A stretch of 64,000 nucleotides of DNA from Camelus dromedarius (Eukaryota). A program made the position numbers and the translations under genes. Shown one piece after another: positions 24,742-38,860 of this stretch. The notes under the pieces were generated by a model. The model worked only from the letters and a program-made list of their open reading frames with translations. It searched no databases and was not told the DNA's origin. How positions within the stretch are numbered: the first letter of the stretch is position 1; every line of letters starts with the position of its first letter. The stretch covers positions 39,992,001 to 40,056,000 of the forward strand of contig NC_087437.1 in NCBI RefSeq assembly GCF_036321535.1, written 5' to 3'.

Positions 24742-25939
24742 CCCACCTCAGTCTCAGGAGAAATTTCACCTAAAGACCCCTCTGTTTAGGCAGCTGAACT
24801 CATAGAAATGAATATTAGAGAACTTTGAAAAAGGTTAGTACAGGAGAATGGGTGGAACAAAAATGTATTGAAATCTTTTATGTCCCTCTCTTTTTAAGGG
24901 CTTCATGTCATGTAGTCCTTACTACGACCCCAGGGGGTACACACAGTTGTTCCCCCAAAAGAGGAAGAAGTGGAGCTGGGCTGGCTAAGTGGGACCCAGA
25001 GGCTACACCATGAGGCAGGGGAGAACCACTCTTCACTTCAGAGCACCTGTGCCTAGCACAGTGCCAGGAGGAGGGTAGGCATTTGGTAAATGTTGAACTG
25101 AATCTGACGGTAAAGCCTGCCCACTTAGGTTTATCTGGAGACCAGCATCAGAAGGCCAAGATGCAGTGTGTAATAGTAAGGACAAGGAGTCAGCCCAGTC
25201 TGCCGTGAACTGAGCAATTTTCATCACTCAGATCTTTTCTAGCTCCATCTGGCCCTCTCCTTCATCACTGCCCTCTTCTTACCAATACCCTTCCCTAGCT
25301 CCAGCTACCCTCCCACCATGGGTTTGCTCTCCCACATAGCTGCCAGCCTCAACAGGGCCTAAGTCTGCTTGCTCCTCACTCTACTTCCTGAGGGAACCTG
25401 TAGCCGTGAAAACACTGGTCCGACGTCAGAGTTGTGGGCCAGCCGTGGCTTCCATCCTCTGGCTATTTGGGATTACTCAGGCCCTGAGGGATCCTGGCTC
25501 CCCACAGACAGTGTTGTTCCAAAATCCTACCAGTTTGCAGGTGGACATGGAGAATGGGGCTCCAGATAGGTCCCGTGGGTCGGGGACTCTTACACTGCTT
25601 TCTTAGAGGGGCTTTAGGCAGAGAGTTGGAATCTAGTTATTAGAAATTTCAGTAAGGTGTTTGAGTTCTCCAACATGGGAAGGGGAGGCAAGAGTCAGGG
25701 AGGTTTGGTAGCCCGCAGCATGCATATCACAGTTAGTCTGGGGAAGGGTTTTAAGAGGCAAAGACATAGAGACTATGGGAAGAGGTATCTAGGCATGTGC
25801 CTAGTGGCAGAGCCTGAACACCATCCAGCCTCCCTCAGGGGATCCTGCACAGCACCCTTCCCCTGCTGGGAGCTTCAGGGAGCACCTTCTCATGTGCCCA
25901 GTCTATGCTGCATATCAGACAGTTTTAAAATAACAATAA

Positions 25940-26110
25940 TAATAGCAAAGCCACAACCACAATTTGCTGATAGCTACTAACTGCCAGGCACCATGCAAGT
26001 TTCTTTCCCTATTCCAGTTCCCATCAGTGGTATTGTTATTTCCCCCATTTTACAGATGAGACTATAGATGGAGGTTTAATGATCTGTCCAAGCCTCCGCC
26101 AGTGAAAGAG
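25940..26110 (-). mobile_element. MIR SINE
   Basis: ctactaactgccaggcacc...attgttatttcccccattttacagatgagactatagatggaggtttaatgatctgtccaag. Confidence 0.8.
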
Positions 26111-26694
26111 CCAATCTGGATCCCACTCCACCACACACCAGCCCACAGGTCACCCTGGCTGCTCGGCTCTCTGCCATGGTCCACCTTCTTAACAGCTTTT
26201 GATCTCAATGGAAAGTTACTTGGACTCCAAATCCTCCTACATCCTCACCTCTTACCCACCTACGCAGGAAGGGACACATGAACACCTGGTCAATCACTCT
26301 CCTTGGGTACAAGTTCTATACCATTAATTTCTTAAGTTTTCATCCAACATGGTAAGGAAAAAGGATGTAAACCCTAAGTTACATTTGACACTGGCTCTAC
26401 CTTCTCATGCTGGCCTTCCCCCAAATCAGCTAAACTTCTCTGGACTCAGTTTCCACATACTGGACACAGGTCAGGGCTGGGCCTCTCATTTCTAGTATGC
26501 AAACTGTGTCTTGTGTCTTTGCCTCCATTTTCAGGTTCCTTTGGCCACCAGGATGAATAATAGAGTGTGAATTAGAGGTGGAAAACCAGGAGAGTCAAAA
26601 TCTCAACCAAGACTGGACCACTTTTCAGAGACACGAACACTAAAAAATGTGCCACTGGGACACTTTTAGTGCTCAAATATTCCACCATTCCTAG

Positions 26695-27150
26695 AAACAT
26701 ACATCTGGAAAGAACCTCAGAAAAAGTTCTAGGCCACCTTTCATTTTACACAAGCTGAGGCTCAGAGAATAACCTGGCCATTTCCTAGCGTCCCTGCTCC
26801 CGCAGGTAACATATAGAAGGACTTGGATTTGAACTAAAGACTCTCTCAACCCAAAGTTCACGTGTCATGCTGTACATACCATCTTCTCTGATTTTGTTAT
26901 TTTAGTCATTAAAATAGTTATATTTGGTAATATTGCCCTGAATAGCTGAAAGGGAGGAATAAAGCAACCCAATCTTCACGGAATGTCAGATACAGAAAGG
27001 CCCTTGAAAATCATCATTAATGAAGAAATTGAAGCACAAGTATGTGCCTAAATATGAAAATATTTTCCTAGTAAAGTCCAACTGGCTGATGGCAGGGTGG
27101 AGGCTCGAATTCCAATCTGCAGACTCTCAGCTCAGGGTTCTTTTCATGAT
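26695..27150 (-). mobile_element. Two degenerate MIR fragments (about 26695-26860 and 26975-27150)
   Basis: tcattttacacaagctgaggctcagagaataacctggcc; gaatgtcagatacagaaaggcccttgaaaatcatc...aatgaagaaattgaagcaca. Confidence 0.6.
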
Positions 27151-30100
27151 GCCCTGACGAAAATTTGCAGAGATGCGGCCATTTGGTCTTGTTCTCTCAA
27201 GTTTGTAATTGCCATAGTATTTCATATTTCTTACATATTTCAGGCAGTGAAACTATGCACAGCCATGAAAAATTCTGTATTCTCTGGCAAAATCACCACT
27301 CAGGCAAAATCACAGGAAACACCTAGAACATGAGTTAAATTAAAAAAAAAAAAAAAAAAAAAACAGTGACCACATATAGAGCCATTTTCAACTGGGCAAT
27401 CAAAACTGGACAACGTGGACGCTTTCATACCACAAGCTGAAACAGAGCTGAAAGGCCCACGGCCCAAAGCAAGTCTCAGAGGCTGGACACCCGCTCCCAC
27501 TTCTAAGCCGTCTCCCCCTTGCCCTCTGCTTTCACAGACCTCTTCCAGATCAGAGGCCCCGGGGCAGGAGGGAGGAGCTGGTTTTGTTTTCTGTATAATG
27601 AAGATTTCAAAAGGCCGAGAAATGGAACTTCTCTGCCTTGTTCTGCAGAAACTCACTTAATGTTTTTAAGAAACATATAAACAAACAAACAAAAAAAATT
27701 GCAAATGTCCACAAAGCCCCCTTGTGGAAGTATATTTAAAAACCATTTTGAGGACTACAGTACCGTGGCATTCCTGATGTTTCAGGCTCCTGTGGGCTGG
27801 TCCTCATGAGAAGAATATCACGCAGGTATCTGACTTCGGCGGCCCCAGCAGAGGCCCCCCTGCCAAACAACCTGCCTCCTGGACTATCTTGTGTAACCTC
27901 AGAATCTTTTTTTTCTTTTCCTGGTAGCCACCAAAACTAAAGTGCAACATAAATCTTAGCAGATATCATCCCATTTTATTTCTACATTGCTTTTATCTGT
28001 CTTTTATCAGAGAAAGGAAAGCAAGCAGCCTAACATCGTTTACCTCTTTCTTTTCTTTTCTTTTCTTTTTTTTTACTTTCTGGAAGAAAATACTTTTGCA
28101 TCTCCCAAGACAACAGAATCTTTTGAACTAAGAATAGCCATAGAGGTTCCAAGCACTACGTTTTTCCTACAGATGACTTTTAATTGCCTTCTAGGAAAAC
28201 TTAACAATTAAAAACATCCTCTGAAAATATGTTAAAGACCCCATTGAGATGGAAATGAAATAAAATGCTGCATGTTCTGTATTTTTTTTAACTCAAAGAA
28301 AAACTTTTTTGACTTTCATGATGTACATATGGCCATTAATTTCAATGTCATATTATGGTTTTTGGCTGAACAGACAGTATGTATGTATGTATGTAAGCAA
28401 ACAAAACAAATGCATTTTGTATTCAAATTTATACAACTCCATACATTTTTATGCTGTTTATTTGAAAATTAATTTTGGCTTAGGCCTCAGAGACAGCAAA
28501 TGTTGTCAAGATTTGAGGGCTACCTGAAAAGCCTTGGGGACAGCATTACCCTTATGCATAAGAAACAGCAAAATAAAATAAAAATAAATGAATTTCCAAA
28601 TACGTCATGGCTAATCCCTTGAGCTGACCTACAAATGAATTATGGAGGTTTTGCTACAGGACTGAGTAGATCTGGTGATTTCACTGAGAGATTTATCTTA
28701 TTTTCCAACTTATTTTCATATCTTATTTCCTTTTCTTTTAGAATTAGACTGTAAATAAAAGGGCTAAGACCGAATGAAGCTCCCTTTCACAGAACTCATA
28801 TTGGATTGATAAATTAAAACAGTGAGATGAGTTTTGTATGACCCATCCTCGAGGATTTGGGAAATTTAGCCGATGCAAAACAAGGCATTAATTTGGAGAG
28901 GCCTAGCTACTTACCATGCTTAGTGTTCTGACAATGATGAATGGCATCATTCCAAGCAAATGGTAATTTCACTTTTTGTGACAGTACTTTAGAGCAAAAC
29001 CGACTTTCTCCACACAAAGAATTTGCAATCCTATAGAACAGAGGCAGTACCTGAATATCAGAAATCCTTCATTGTTTAAGTATCATCTGATATTCTTGAT
29101 TGGCTTCAGACTGAAGGTTGGAGTTGAATTAGGGAGAACGGAGGTTAAGTCCTAACCTTGAAAGACTTAGCAGCCATTGAAACACTGCCTTTGGGCACTT
29201 ATTGGCCTGTATTTATCAAAAAAACTTTTCCATTCAATGAGGGGAGGGAGAACACACAAAACTTGTCACATTCATCAAGTGAAGCCACTGGAAAGACATC
29301 TACAGAACACCCAAAAAGCATAATCTTTCCGAAGCGCTGATAGAAATGGTAATTGGATGGGTCAGAGAATAATACGACCAAAGCGGAGGCCATGCAGAAT
29401 ATCGGGGAAAAAAAAAATCAAGGTCAAAAATAAAAGAACAGATCCCTTTTAACTTGTGAAAAAATTACACTTGGCTTTTGTACGAAGGGAAAAATATACC
29501 TGTTGCTACCGTAATTTATGTCCCCACAAAAGCCCCTCAAAAAGAACCTTTGAACATAAAAGGCATTAAAGATCCTCAGTTTCCACAGCCCATAAGAAAG
29601 CTTCACCTTAATATTCACCTCCACCAAAATATGTTTTCTGAAAGCAAAAAGGAAAAAAAAATATTTTTTTAAAAAGAACTAAAAGCAGTGACTGCCTTTC
29701 AGAATCTAACCCATCTATTTTTCAGCACAGAAGGTATGTTCTAGGGAGGGGCAAAGGAGGGATATATTGCATAAATTTAAACTCTTCCCTGAGAGACTGA
29801 AAGAAAAAAACAGACTTTTGAGGGACTAGCAGAGAATACCAACATTGTATCCCGAAAGGGGAACAGACCTGATGAATCATAAAGTCTTGATTGCACGTCT
29901 TCCTGCCTTCTTTGCTGATGAGATAACATCAGGACAGAGCCAAGTGACACATGTAAACAGATGAGCTGTCTGGGGATGCCACACTGTCCCGTTTTTATCT
30001 TACACAAACACCTCTGCACTGGACTTGGAAGGATTTTTGGCACGACATGGAGAGCTGATTTTCTGGGCTACATCCAGCTCAGAGGAAGGGATCTTGTGAA

Positions 30101-31392
30101 ATGGTGTGTCACTCAGCTTGGTGGACGTGTGCGGATGCAGGTGTCTCCTTACTGACAGAGATATCGGGTAAGGGGGAAATGGTCCCTAGAAACACCAGTA
30201 TCTGCAGCTGCCCCCCAGCCCATCTTCATCCCGGAGCAAAAAAGCAGAAAACAGGCAGAAATCTCCTTAGATAGGTTTCTGAAGAGTTAAAAAGAAACAA
30301 TCCAGAACTCACTGGATTTCACTGTAAACTGTACAGATTTACTGATGTGCAAGAAAAGACAGTGTCATTTGTTAATTTGTGAAATTTTAAAGTGCCTGTC
30401 TGTATACCCACTTCTATTAATCTGGGAATTCAACTTCCCACATTAGAGTTCTACGGTGATATAAGGAAGGAGATGGGGTTTATGATTTGTGCTGACAGAG
30501 CCACATCATATTTTAGGGAGATGACATCGCTATTGATGGCTCCTTCTAATCTATCCCCAGTAATATGCTCATCTGTATGTTTTCCCCCGGCACCAGAAGC
30601 ACAATCCCAGATCCCTAAAATCATATGTCATTTCTTTCCACAAATCTCATATGCACATATATTATTATTATTTAACGTTTATTAAGTACCAACTGTATGC
30701 TAGGCATAGTAGACATAGGGGGCCATAAAAACATATTTAACGCATCAAAAACCACAATAAAAGGACGCTATGTTTGTGACAGAAGACAATAAAAAACTTT
30801 GCAATTCATAGTTCAAGATGAAATGCACCCCAGGTCCCAGAGCAGCCGTGGTACAGCGTGGCAGATCAGAAAATGTAGTAGAATCTTCACTCAGCCGGAG
30901 TGAGGGAGGTTATGCATACCTTACCACTAAACGTGGCCTTCCTCAACTTTATGACATTCTGCAACAAACAATAAATTCTCTACTGGCAAAGCATTCATTA
31001 CTTAACTAGCTAGTGAAACCGCAGCCCTCTGCACCACCTCCAATCATGCAGGTATACTCTCTACCAAACACTATCATAGGCATTTAAAATGTATTTCTCT
31101 GTATAACAGTGGAGTATGCAATTATTTATTTTACTGAAATTCGGAAAGGTTAAGTTATTTGCCTAAGGTCTGTTCTCAGGAATCACTGTCAGTTTTCCTA
31201 GAGTTGTATCTAACACACACACACAGAGTTGAGGAATGATAAATGCCATCCACAAGCTTGGGGATTTGGAGCTAATTTAATATCAAATAACCAATTTAGA
31301 TCTATGTAAACACAGCGTTAGCCTGGCCAAGGTAGAAGTTTATGCTAAAGGTCTCAACTTCCTCACTTGCTGAAGCTTCTTTTGTCCTGGTT

Positions 31393-31640
31393 TAGAGTAG
31401 GGTTAAGTGCATGGACGCTGGAACCAGATTTTATGGTTATGAATCCTGGTTTTGCCACAACTTATCTGTGGGTCTCTGAGCAAGTTAATTGCTATTTCTC
31501 TGCCTCAAGTTCTTCATCAGCTAAAAAAATGTGAAGAAAATAATAGTAGCTTACTTCACAGGCTGGTTGTGAGGGTAAAATGAGCTAATATATAGTAAAA
31601 GCTTAGTACAATGCCCAGCACATAGGAAGTCCTTCCAAAG
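31393..31640 (+). mobile_element. Near full-length MIR SINE
   Basis: gagtagggttaagtgcatggacgctggaaccagatt...gaatcctggttttgccac...tctctgcctcaagttcttcatc...gttgtgagggtaaaatgagctaat...atgcccagcacatagg. Confidence 0.92.
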
Positions 31641-34600
31641 ATATTGTGTCGTTGGAGTCCTAGGGCTGAGAAGCAGATAATGTGCTGCTTTTTGGATAAA
31701 AAGGCAATATTACTGAGGCCCCATGAGTAAGCCAAGGGCCGCCTGTTGCTTTTCTATCAGTAAAGAGGATTTACACTAGCCATCCAACTCACTCTCTTCC
31801 CTCAACCCTTCTTGAACTTAGTGAATCTACAAGACAACTAGCTAAGACCCCACAGAGTTGGCTTTTCCATGGGTCACCTTCACTGAACGGCAGACAGAGG
31901 GGTGGAGGGTTCACAAAAGACCAGACCCATAGTGTGAGGCTCTTTGGAGGTGTTATGAATGAATGAGTGATCAGACAGGGCTGAGAAGCTCACAGAATCC
32001 AACTGGGGGTTCAATTTATAGATGCAGGGTCTTCTTTGAAATCACGCAACTCTCAACATGCAGAATAATTTGTATATTTTCCATGTACTTTCCACTTCCT
32101 CCCCATTCTATCCCACACCTTCTCAAAATTTCTCTGTTGTTATTTCAACAGAGGACTGAAAAAAGACAGAAGTAAACTTCAAACCAGTTAATAGGGTTCA
32201 TTGTTCACTACCCAAATGATAGTTGGAGAAAATGTCAAAGTTAATGAGTAAATTAAAATTGAGGGATTATCAGTTAATCAATGAATATGCATTCCTCAGC
32301 CAAATTAGGATGAATAATCAATGTTGCAGCATGTGGGAAAACAATCAGAACTGATGTTTGGTACCAAGAAAGGAGGATTTTTTTTTATTAATTGTTAATT
32401 GTTAATACTGCTTTTATTGTCATAAATAACCAGGGATTAGACAACTAACTGCTATAAATTAAGGGCAGTCTAAATTATAAGACTTGTCCATTAACAGTAT
32501 AAAATAACTGCCTTTAAAAAACTTAAAAGTGTATGATTTAGACTTGAAATCACAAAATACAGGGTTTTCAAATTATTTTACTGCCAATATTTCCTTGAAG
32601 CTCAGTTACCCAATGGGAATTAAAAACCTATCAAGGACTACATCAGTGATACAACTCAAGACATAATTCTTAAGGAAATTACTATGGAGCACAGAAATTT
32701 TTTAGGCTTTCACACCTTTCCAAACCACTTTTTTCTGGAAGGATATGGTCTCCTTTTTGTAGCTCCAAGCTTAAAAGTAGTGCCTTTTAATTACACATGA
32801 ACTAATAAAGCAAGACATATTTAAATGTAATTTTGTAACTTGTACACACAAACCCAAGCTGGCGGATGATGAAATGTTACTAAAATTATCCTTATCCAGC
32901 AAAATTTATTGCAGTGATGAAAATCTTGACATCCATTCCAAAGTTCAAATTAAACTTCAGCGTAATACAGTAGCCTGAGCTGGACCAAAGTAAATAAGCA
33001 ATTATTTATAGTAATTGTATGTGTGCATATTGCATGTATTTAACCTGCCAGAAGAAGTCAGTGAACACACATTGTGGGGACCGCTGAATTAATTATGAGC
33101 GTACACAAAAGGGTAGACTCTTCAATGATCTCAGCATCCATCTGCCTAATACCCACCTGTCTGGCTGCGCTTTCATTTAACCACATATTATGACATCAAT
33201 ATTAACTTTCGGATTCAATAAAAAAAGTCACCATTTCTCAAGATAGTCGCCTCCTAATAAACACAGACTGAAGGGAAAGTGTTGAAAGCCACAGCAATAT
33301 TTTTCCTGTAACATTTGATAGGAATCCCAGCTGCCCAACATTGTATGTTAATAACCATTATTTAATTAACAGATGAAGAAGCCCTTTTGAGCCGCTCTGG
33401 CAGATTTTGAACTTGATCTTCCATCATTTGATGTCATGCAAGACCAGATAAATGACCAGTCTTTCGAGAGTCTGCAGAGCCCCTTTCGAACAGCTGCACA
33501 GTCTTCCCCTCTTCTTTGCCGCAGGTTTCTCACTTAAGAAAAAAACACGCTTCATTACATCGCCTCTTACTTGAGCTGCAAGGGTCTATTCAAGGAAGAT
33601 AAGCCTCTTAGAAATGAAGTAGCGTTGAATTTAGGTTTTGAGTGACAGCAGGAAGATTTATCCATTCAACAGACAATACCGCTTTCTCTGCATTAATCTA
33701 GGAGGCGGACAATGATCTGTTTTTTAGGCCTCGTCTCATCTCTTTCCCACAGCAGAAGGTGATTAAAGTTAGGAAACAGGGACTGTGAAAGAAAACTTGA
33801 GCGCTATCTCTCTAGCCCTCCTGTTTCCTGAAGGGGGTAAGAGGGAGCCCCTAGGCCAAGGGCATCAATCACAGATTCACAACAAGGATACGCTGCTTCA
33901 CCATGCTTCACCGTTGGGAGACCGACAGGCCACAGGTAACAGGGTGAGCCCCAGGACCCAAAGAGTATAGATCTGTTGTTAAAGAGAGAAGAAAGCAAAG
34001 AGTAGCCCTCCACAAGCAAAAGCCCTTGAATTCTTCACGCAGCGGGGGAAGGAGGGTGGGCAGATAAAAATGTCAGGAATCTTTTGACTTCACATGATAT
34101 TCCACTACTATCCAAGGTAAGGTTCAATGATGTCCCAAATTAGCTGGTCTGCAAACAGCAGCTTAGAAAGAAGACAAAAGATTCTGCTCCACATGCACCA
34201 CAACGCCATACAAAATTTGAGCAACTGTTCACACAACACACCCATTTCCTCTCCCCTTTCATATCCATCTTCTGCCACTCAACAGAGGCTTCCACAAAAA
34301 CTGCCGTGCCCTGACTGTTAATTTGATGTGTCCCTCTCTGCCAAGCACTGAGCACAGAGCCCTCTGTGAGCATCTTACAGAGTGCTAGTGACCCACAGGA
34401 TAGTAAACTGGAGTCCAGCATCAGAAGTCCATTTTACAGCAGTATCTGGCACTCTCCTTAGTGTGGGAGGTTTGCCACTTTATTAGTAGACACTTTGCTT
34501 GTCCTGTGTGGCACATAAATTGATGAATGGACTTGAGAACGAAATGTGGGGGCTTAAAACCATGCTTCTGGATTAGGACATGTATATTTCTATTTGGGTT

Positions 34601-36444
34601 GTGATCTTAAGACTTGCTGACACATCACAGTATCAGAGATGCATTTTGTAGACTGCTCATGATCTTGCTCCTTTTTCCTTCAGCTCACCATGAAGTTATC
34701 TAAATATCACATACCTAAATATAAATACATGAAATTAAATGTTCATCTCTGGTTAACCTAGAAGTATTCTTGCATCAAAATAATCAAAGGTGAGTCCAAG
34801 AAAATCTATAAACAAGATTTTGGAGAATAAATATGAGGCAAAAATGCTTTTGCATGGTACCTACTTTCCTGAAAAGGCAGTTCATGGAGACCCAGAGAAT
34901 GTGAATAATTAATTGAGTAAGTAAGAAGAGTGAAAATCACAGACATTAGCACAGAATTAGATCAAGTTGCCCCAAATGACTTCTAAATTTGAAAGCAAGT
35001 TGTGCGTTCTCTAGAAATCAATATAGAGTCATCACATTTTGACATTTCCTATTGTTAGATTGCATTTTGTTTTGTTTTTGCAAAATGTCATATTGACAAC
35101 TAGAGACTTCCTTGACCTTCACCCCACATGATGCTGGAAATATCTGTTTGTCAACCTTAAAGCTACTGTAACCAGCCAAATATGGTAGTGGAAAGATGTA
35201 ATCCATGTTCCAAGTCTTCTAGGAACCCAAATCCAACACCAACATGCCCTGAAGAAGATTCCAGAGGGGGAAAAAAAACACCATCTGAGCCCTTTAGCAA
35301 AGCCACATATCATAGCACAGTAACTGTGCTCACTCAGTGGGCAGTTCCTCAGAAAAGAAGTCATAATTCAAAACAAAACCAAGCCAAAAAGGTAGCACCA
35401 AGTGCTGTTAATGTTCATATTATGCAACTGAATTTCAGGAAAGACAGTTTTATTCTTATTATCTCTGGGCCTCAAATTCCTTAAAACTCATAGCACTGTT
35501 ACAGATAACTTCTTTTTACCTACTGCTTCTGTAATCAAAAATTGACCTCCCAAGTGGCAAAAAAAAAAAAAATGCCTCCACCATCAAACCCTTAGTCATG
35601 GGCCCAGTCAGCATCTACAATGATAGTCTTCATTTTCTCCTTTCTTTCTTTCTTTCTGATTTTTTTCCCTTTTTTAATTACTGAAGACTCCTGTTTTAGA
35701 GAAATCCCTAATTGCTTCATTTTGAGATGTTATGTTTAACCTCAGGAAATGGTGCTGTAAGACCTGGCAAACAGCTTTCTGGTTGTTTCAATCAGTACCA
35801 GATTATGAAGTCCAGCCGAGTAAGAGCCCTATTCATTTTCTTGCCCTGTCATCTTGATCTTATTTGAATGTCTGGGGAGCTGGAGGTGCTTAGCCGGCCC
35901 TGGGTTTCAGGAGTGGGGGTGGGAGCACCAGGGAGAGCTATGCGATGTGTTAGAGACACTGAAAGTTTTCATTTTGACTCCTTAATGAGCGCGACCTTTG
36001 ACACAGGCTGATGAGTTCCATGCTTGTCCTGGTGTGCTTTTTGAAAACATTTGACACTGGTCACAGGTCTGACAGGGATATGACTAATGAAGTCGTGGTA
36101 TAAAAATAATGGGCTGCAATTGCAAGTCATTTGCATGAAACCAAACTCCTTAAAAACTTGTCTCTGTTCACTTTCTGTTTTCTAAATGAGTCAATAATAT
36201 GAATCAGATGGCTTGAAGGCAAGAGGCTCCCAAATATTCCTTCTATAAGTTTGGTAAATTAGTTGGCATTTGGTGCAATTTTTGTTGCCTTGAGGCCTGC
36301 TTTAAATTGGACTGTAGTTACTAAATTGCTAGAGCGATTGCAGAATGTGTAGGATAATACATAATACCTTGTTTTTCTTAAGCGTTTCGTCAGAGAGCTT
36401 CTTGTGAGGTCAGGGGACCCAGACAGCTCTTTGCAGGGAACATC

Positions 36445-36725
36445 AACTGAGAGTAAATGAAGAAGGAAGAGAGGGGAGGAGGTCTGGGGGAGTGGGCAGC
36501 AGGAGACGGGTGGAATAAAGGGGGAAAAAGAGGAGAGACAAAACAAAATCAAAAATTAAAAGAAGAAGGCAACAGTGACTAAGGTCCAAAAATGCAAAAG
36601 GAGAGAAAAGGCAAAGAGGGAAAAGTGAAAGGGGGAAGAAGAGAAAAATGAATGCAGAGGATTCAGAGTCAAGGGGGAAATGGAAACTAGCAGAGAACTA
36701 TTAAAGAGGGAACTCCAAAAGAAGC
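36445..36725. repeat. Purine-rich (GA) low-complexity tract
   Basis: About 280 bp dominated by G and A on +. Confidence 0.8.
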
Positions 36726-37254
36726 AACTGGCATTCCTATGTGAGTTTATCCTATGAAACTCTGTATCCTCAGAGAGTGCTAAGTATCCACTAAACAAAA
36801 TCCCGGGCTCTTCAGGTGCTCACACACTTCCTTTGTCTCTGCATGACCCCACCCAAGTCCCTTGAGGCTTATCCTTTCCCCTGTATCTCAAAATGCCCTC
36901 CATGACAGAGAAGCTTTCAGCAAACCCCAGTCCTATTTGACCCGCCGATTCCCAAGCAGCAGCCACAAAGACCATATCACACATGCTCCTTCTAGGGCCT
37001 TCCTCCTAGGTGGCTTGATTTAAACACTTGGGATATTCTTTGTGATTTGTCAGTTTCAGCACATCTATTTGGGATTTCCTTTCAGCTGGGGTATACGACA
37101 AAATTAAATATCCCCTGCCCCTAAACTTAAATAAAAAGAAATACACGTGATTTACAAATAGACACACAGGCAGCAAAAGAGCAAATGAACAAAAGGAAGG
37201 TTGCCTGGCACAGAGAAAAGTCCACACACAGGCTTGGAAAGGAACCAGCTGTGG

Positions 37255-37407
37255 TTGCTCTGCGATGTTGGGGAATTTTCTTGATCTCATTGAGCCTCGG
37301 TTTCTTCAATCACAAAATGGAGGATTAAAAGATTATGTTTTATAAAGTTCTAGCAAAGTACCTGGCACCCCGTGAGTAGTGAGAATGAATGAATGAATGA
37401 ATGAATG
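37255..37407 (+). mobile_element. MIR fragment ending in (GAAT)n
   Basis: tgagcctcggtttcttcaatcacaaaatggaggatt...tacctggcacc...gaatgaatgaatgaatgaatgaatg. Confidence 0.8.
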
Positions 37408-38339
37408 TAGTTGGAGTAGTAATACTCTTTTTTGTGCCTGGACTTTAAGAAAGTGTTTCTCACCTTCAATTTCTACATAAAGAAATCAATAGTAATTCTA
37501 CTGATATCCCTCAGTATTACTGAAGATGTGGGAAGGGAACACACACATAACTCTATAAACTTACCACAGTGCAGTTGTACATTCTACTCCCCAAAACCTG
37601 AAATCCAAACTGACAACCGACAAGTTCTCTCTCCCTCTCCCTTTCTCTCTCTCTCAAATGGACCATCATATTTTAGATCTCCACTCACATCCTAGGAACA
37701 GTACATATCAGCCCAGTCTCCTAAGATTACTCCTAAATATGCATAAACTGAGAATTAATGTCCATAATTATGGCTTGAAAATGTTCAAGAGTAGTAAAAA
37801 CTTTAAAATCAAATTTTTGACAAATATTTTATTGTAGCCTAATTCTTAAAAATTTGATCAATCATGTTTACTTTCAGAATATTAGAAATGGCTAAATTCT
37901 GGCTATCTCAAGACCCAAATATTCTAGATATACATATATACTTTTACTCTATGAATTTGTACTTTGCAGGTCACTTAAATCATAGTCACTGTAACATTAT
38001 TTAATATACTTAATATAATATGAATAAGACTCTTGAGTCCATAAGCTAGTTTTGTTATCAGTTACTCAAATCAAAATGTAGAAGATATTCTCATTCCAGG
38101 AATCCAAGCTAACATTAAAAAACAGCAATAAACTTTAAACTAAATTTCAAAAACTGAAGAGTTGGTTTTTGAGAAACAAAATGAAATTGAATAGAGTCAG
38201 ATAGAAGAAAATGAAGAAAAGGTTAGAGAAAGCCTGGGAAGTTCAAAAGAAAGAATTTTGAAGATTTTAGTACATTTCCTGTCAAATTTGAGAGTACTAC
38301 TGGTAAACTACTGTTTGTTTCTAAAGAAAGTGGGATTTA

Positions 38340-38860
38340 ACGACTGGGTACAACATTCGGCACCTGAGAAGTCGTCCTTTCTCTTAAAGTCTGTAATGCT
38401 AAGAACCATATAAAATACTCCATGTGGCCCAGCATTCTATTCACATTTCAAAGAATGAAAATAAACTAAAATTGAACAATGTAGAAAGCACTAATAGAAT
38501 GAAAAATAGATCCTAAGAGGAAAAGATAAAAGAAATTCTAGTTAATTCGCCCAAAGAAAGTGATAAAAAACCAAATGTGAAAGAATCTTATGAGAATGAT
38601 GCTGACTGGTGAGTCTCCATTTCCACAAATTATCAAATAAGATGCAATGGGGGAAATGGATCAAAAATAAAGAAAATCTTCTTGGCAACAGTAAATACAG
38701 GAGTGTTATTAAGTATTGGAAGAGATGACCAAAAGAAGTTATGGGTTAGAGACCTTAGAAATCTTTTTAAAATGGGAGCAACGACCATCTGTCTTAGATG
38801 TTTTGTGTCCTCACCTGCCTGGAGGCTAAATACTGAATCATTACCAAATGTATGATTCTA
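38340..38860 (+). mobile_element. Very old CR1/L3-like LINE 3' remnant
   Basis: gaccatctgtcttagatgtttt...cctgcctggaggc...tatgattcta resembles the L3/CR1 3' end; the upstream part is only weakly similar. Confidence 0.45.

Noticed and set aside
27750..27806. Imperfect hairpin (GAGGACTA...TGGTCCTC) with a start resembling miR-101 (tacagtac)
   Set aside because: The central stem pairs poorly and the sequence diverges from miR-101 after 8 nt; no pre-miRNA can be supported.
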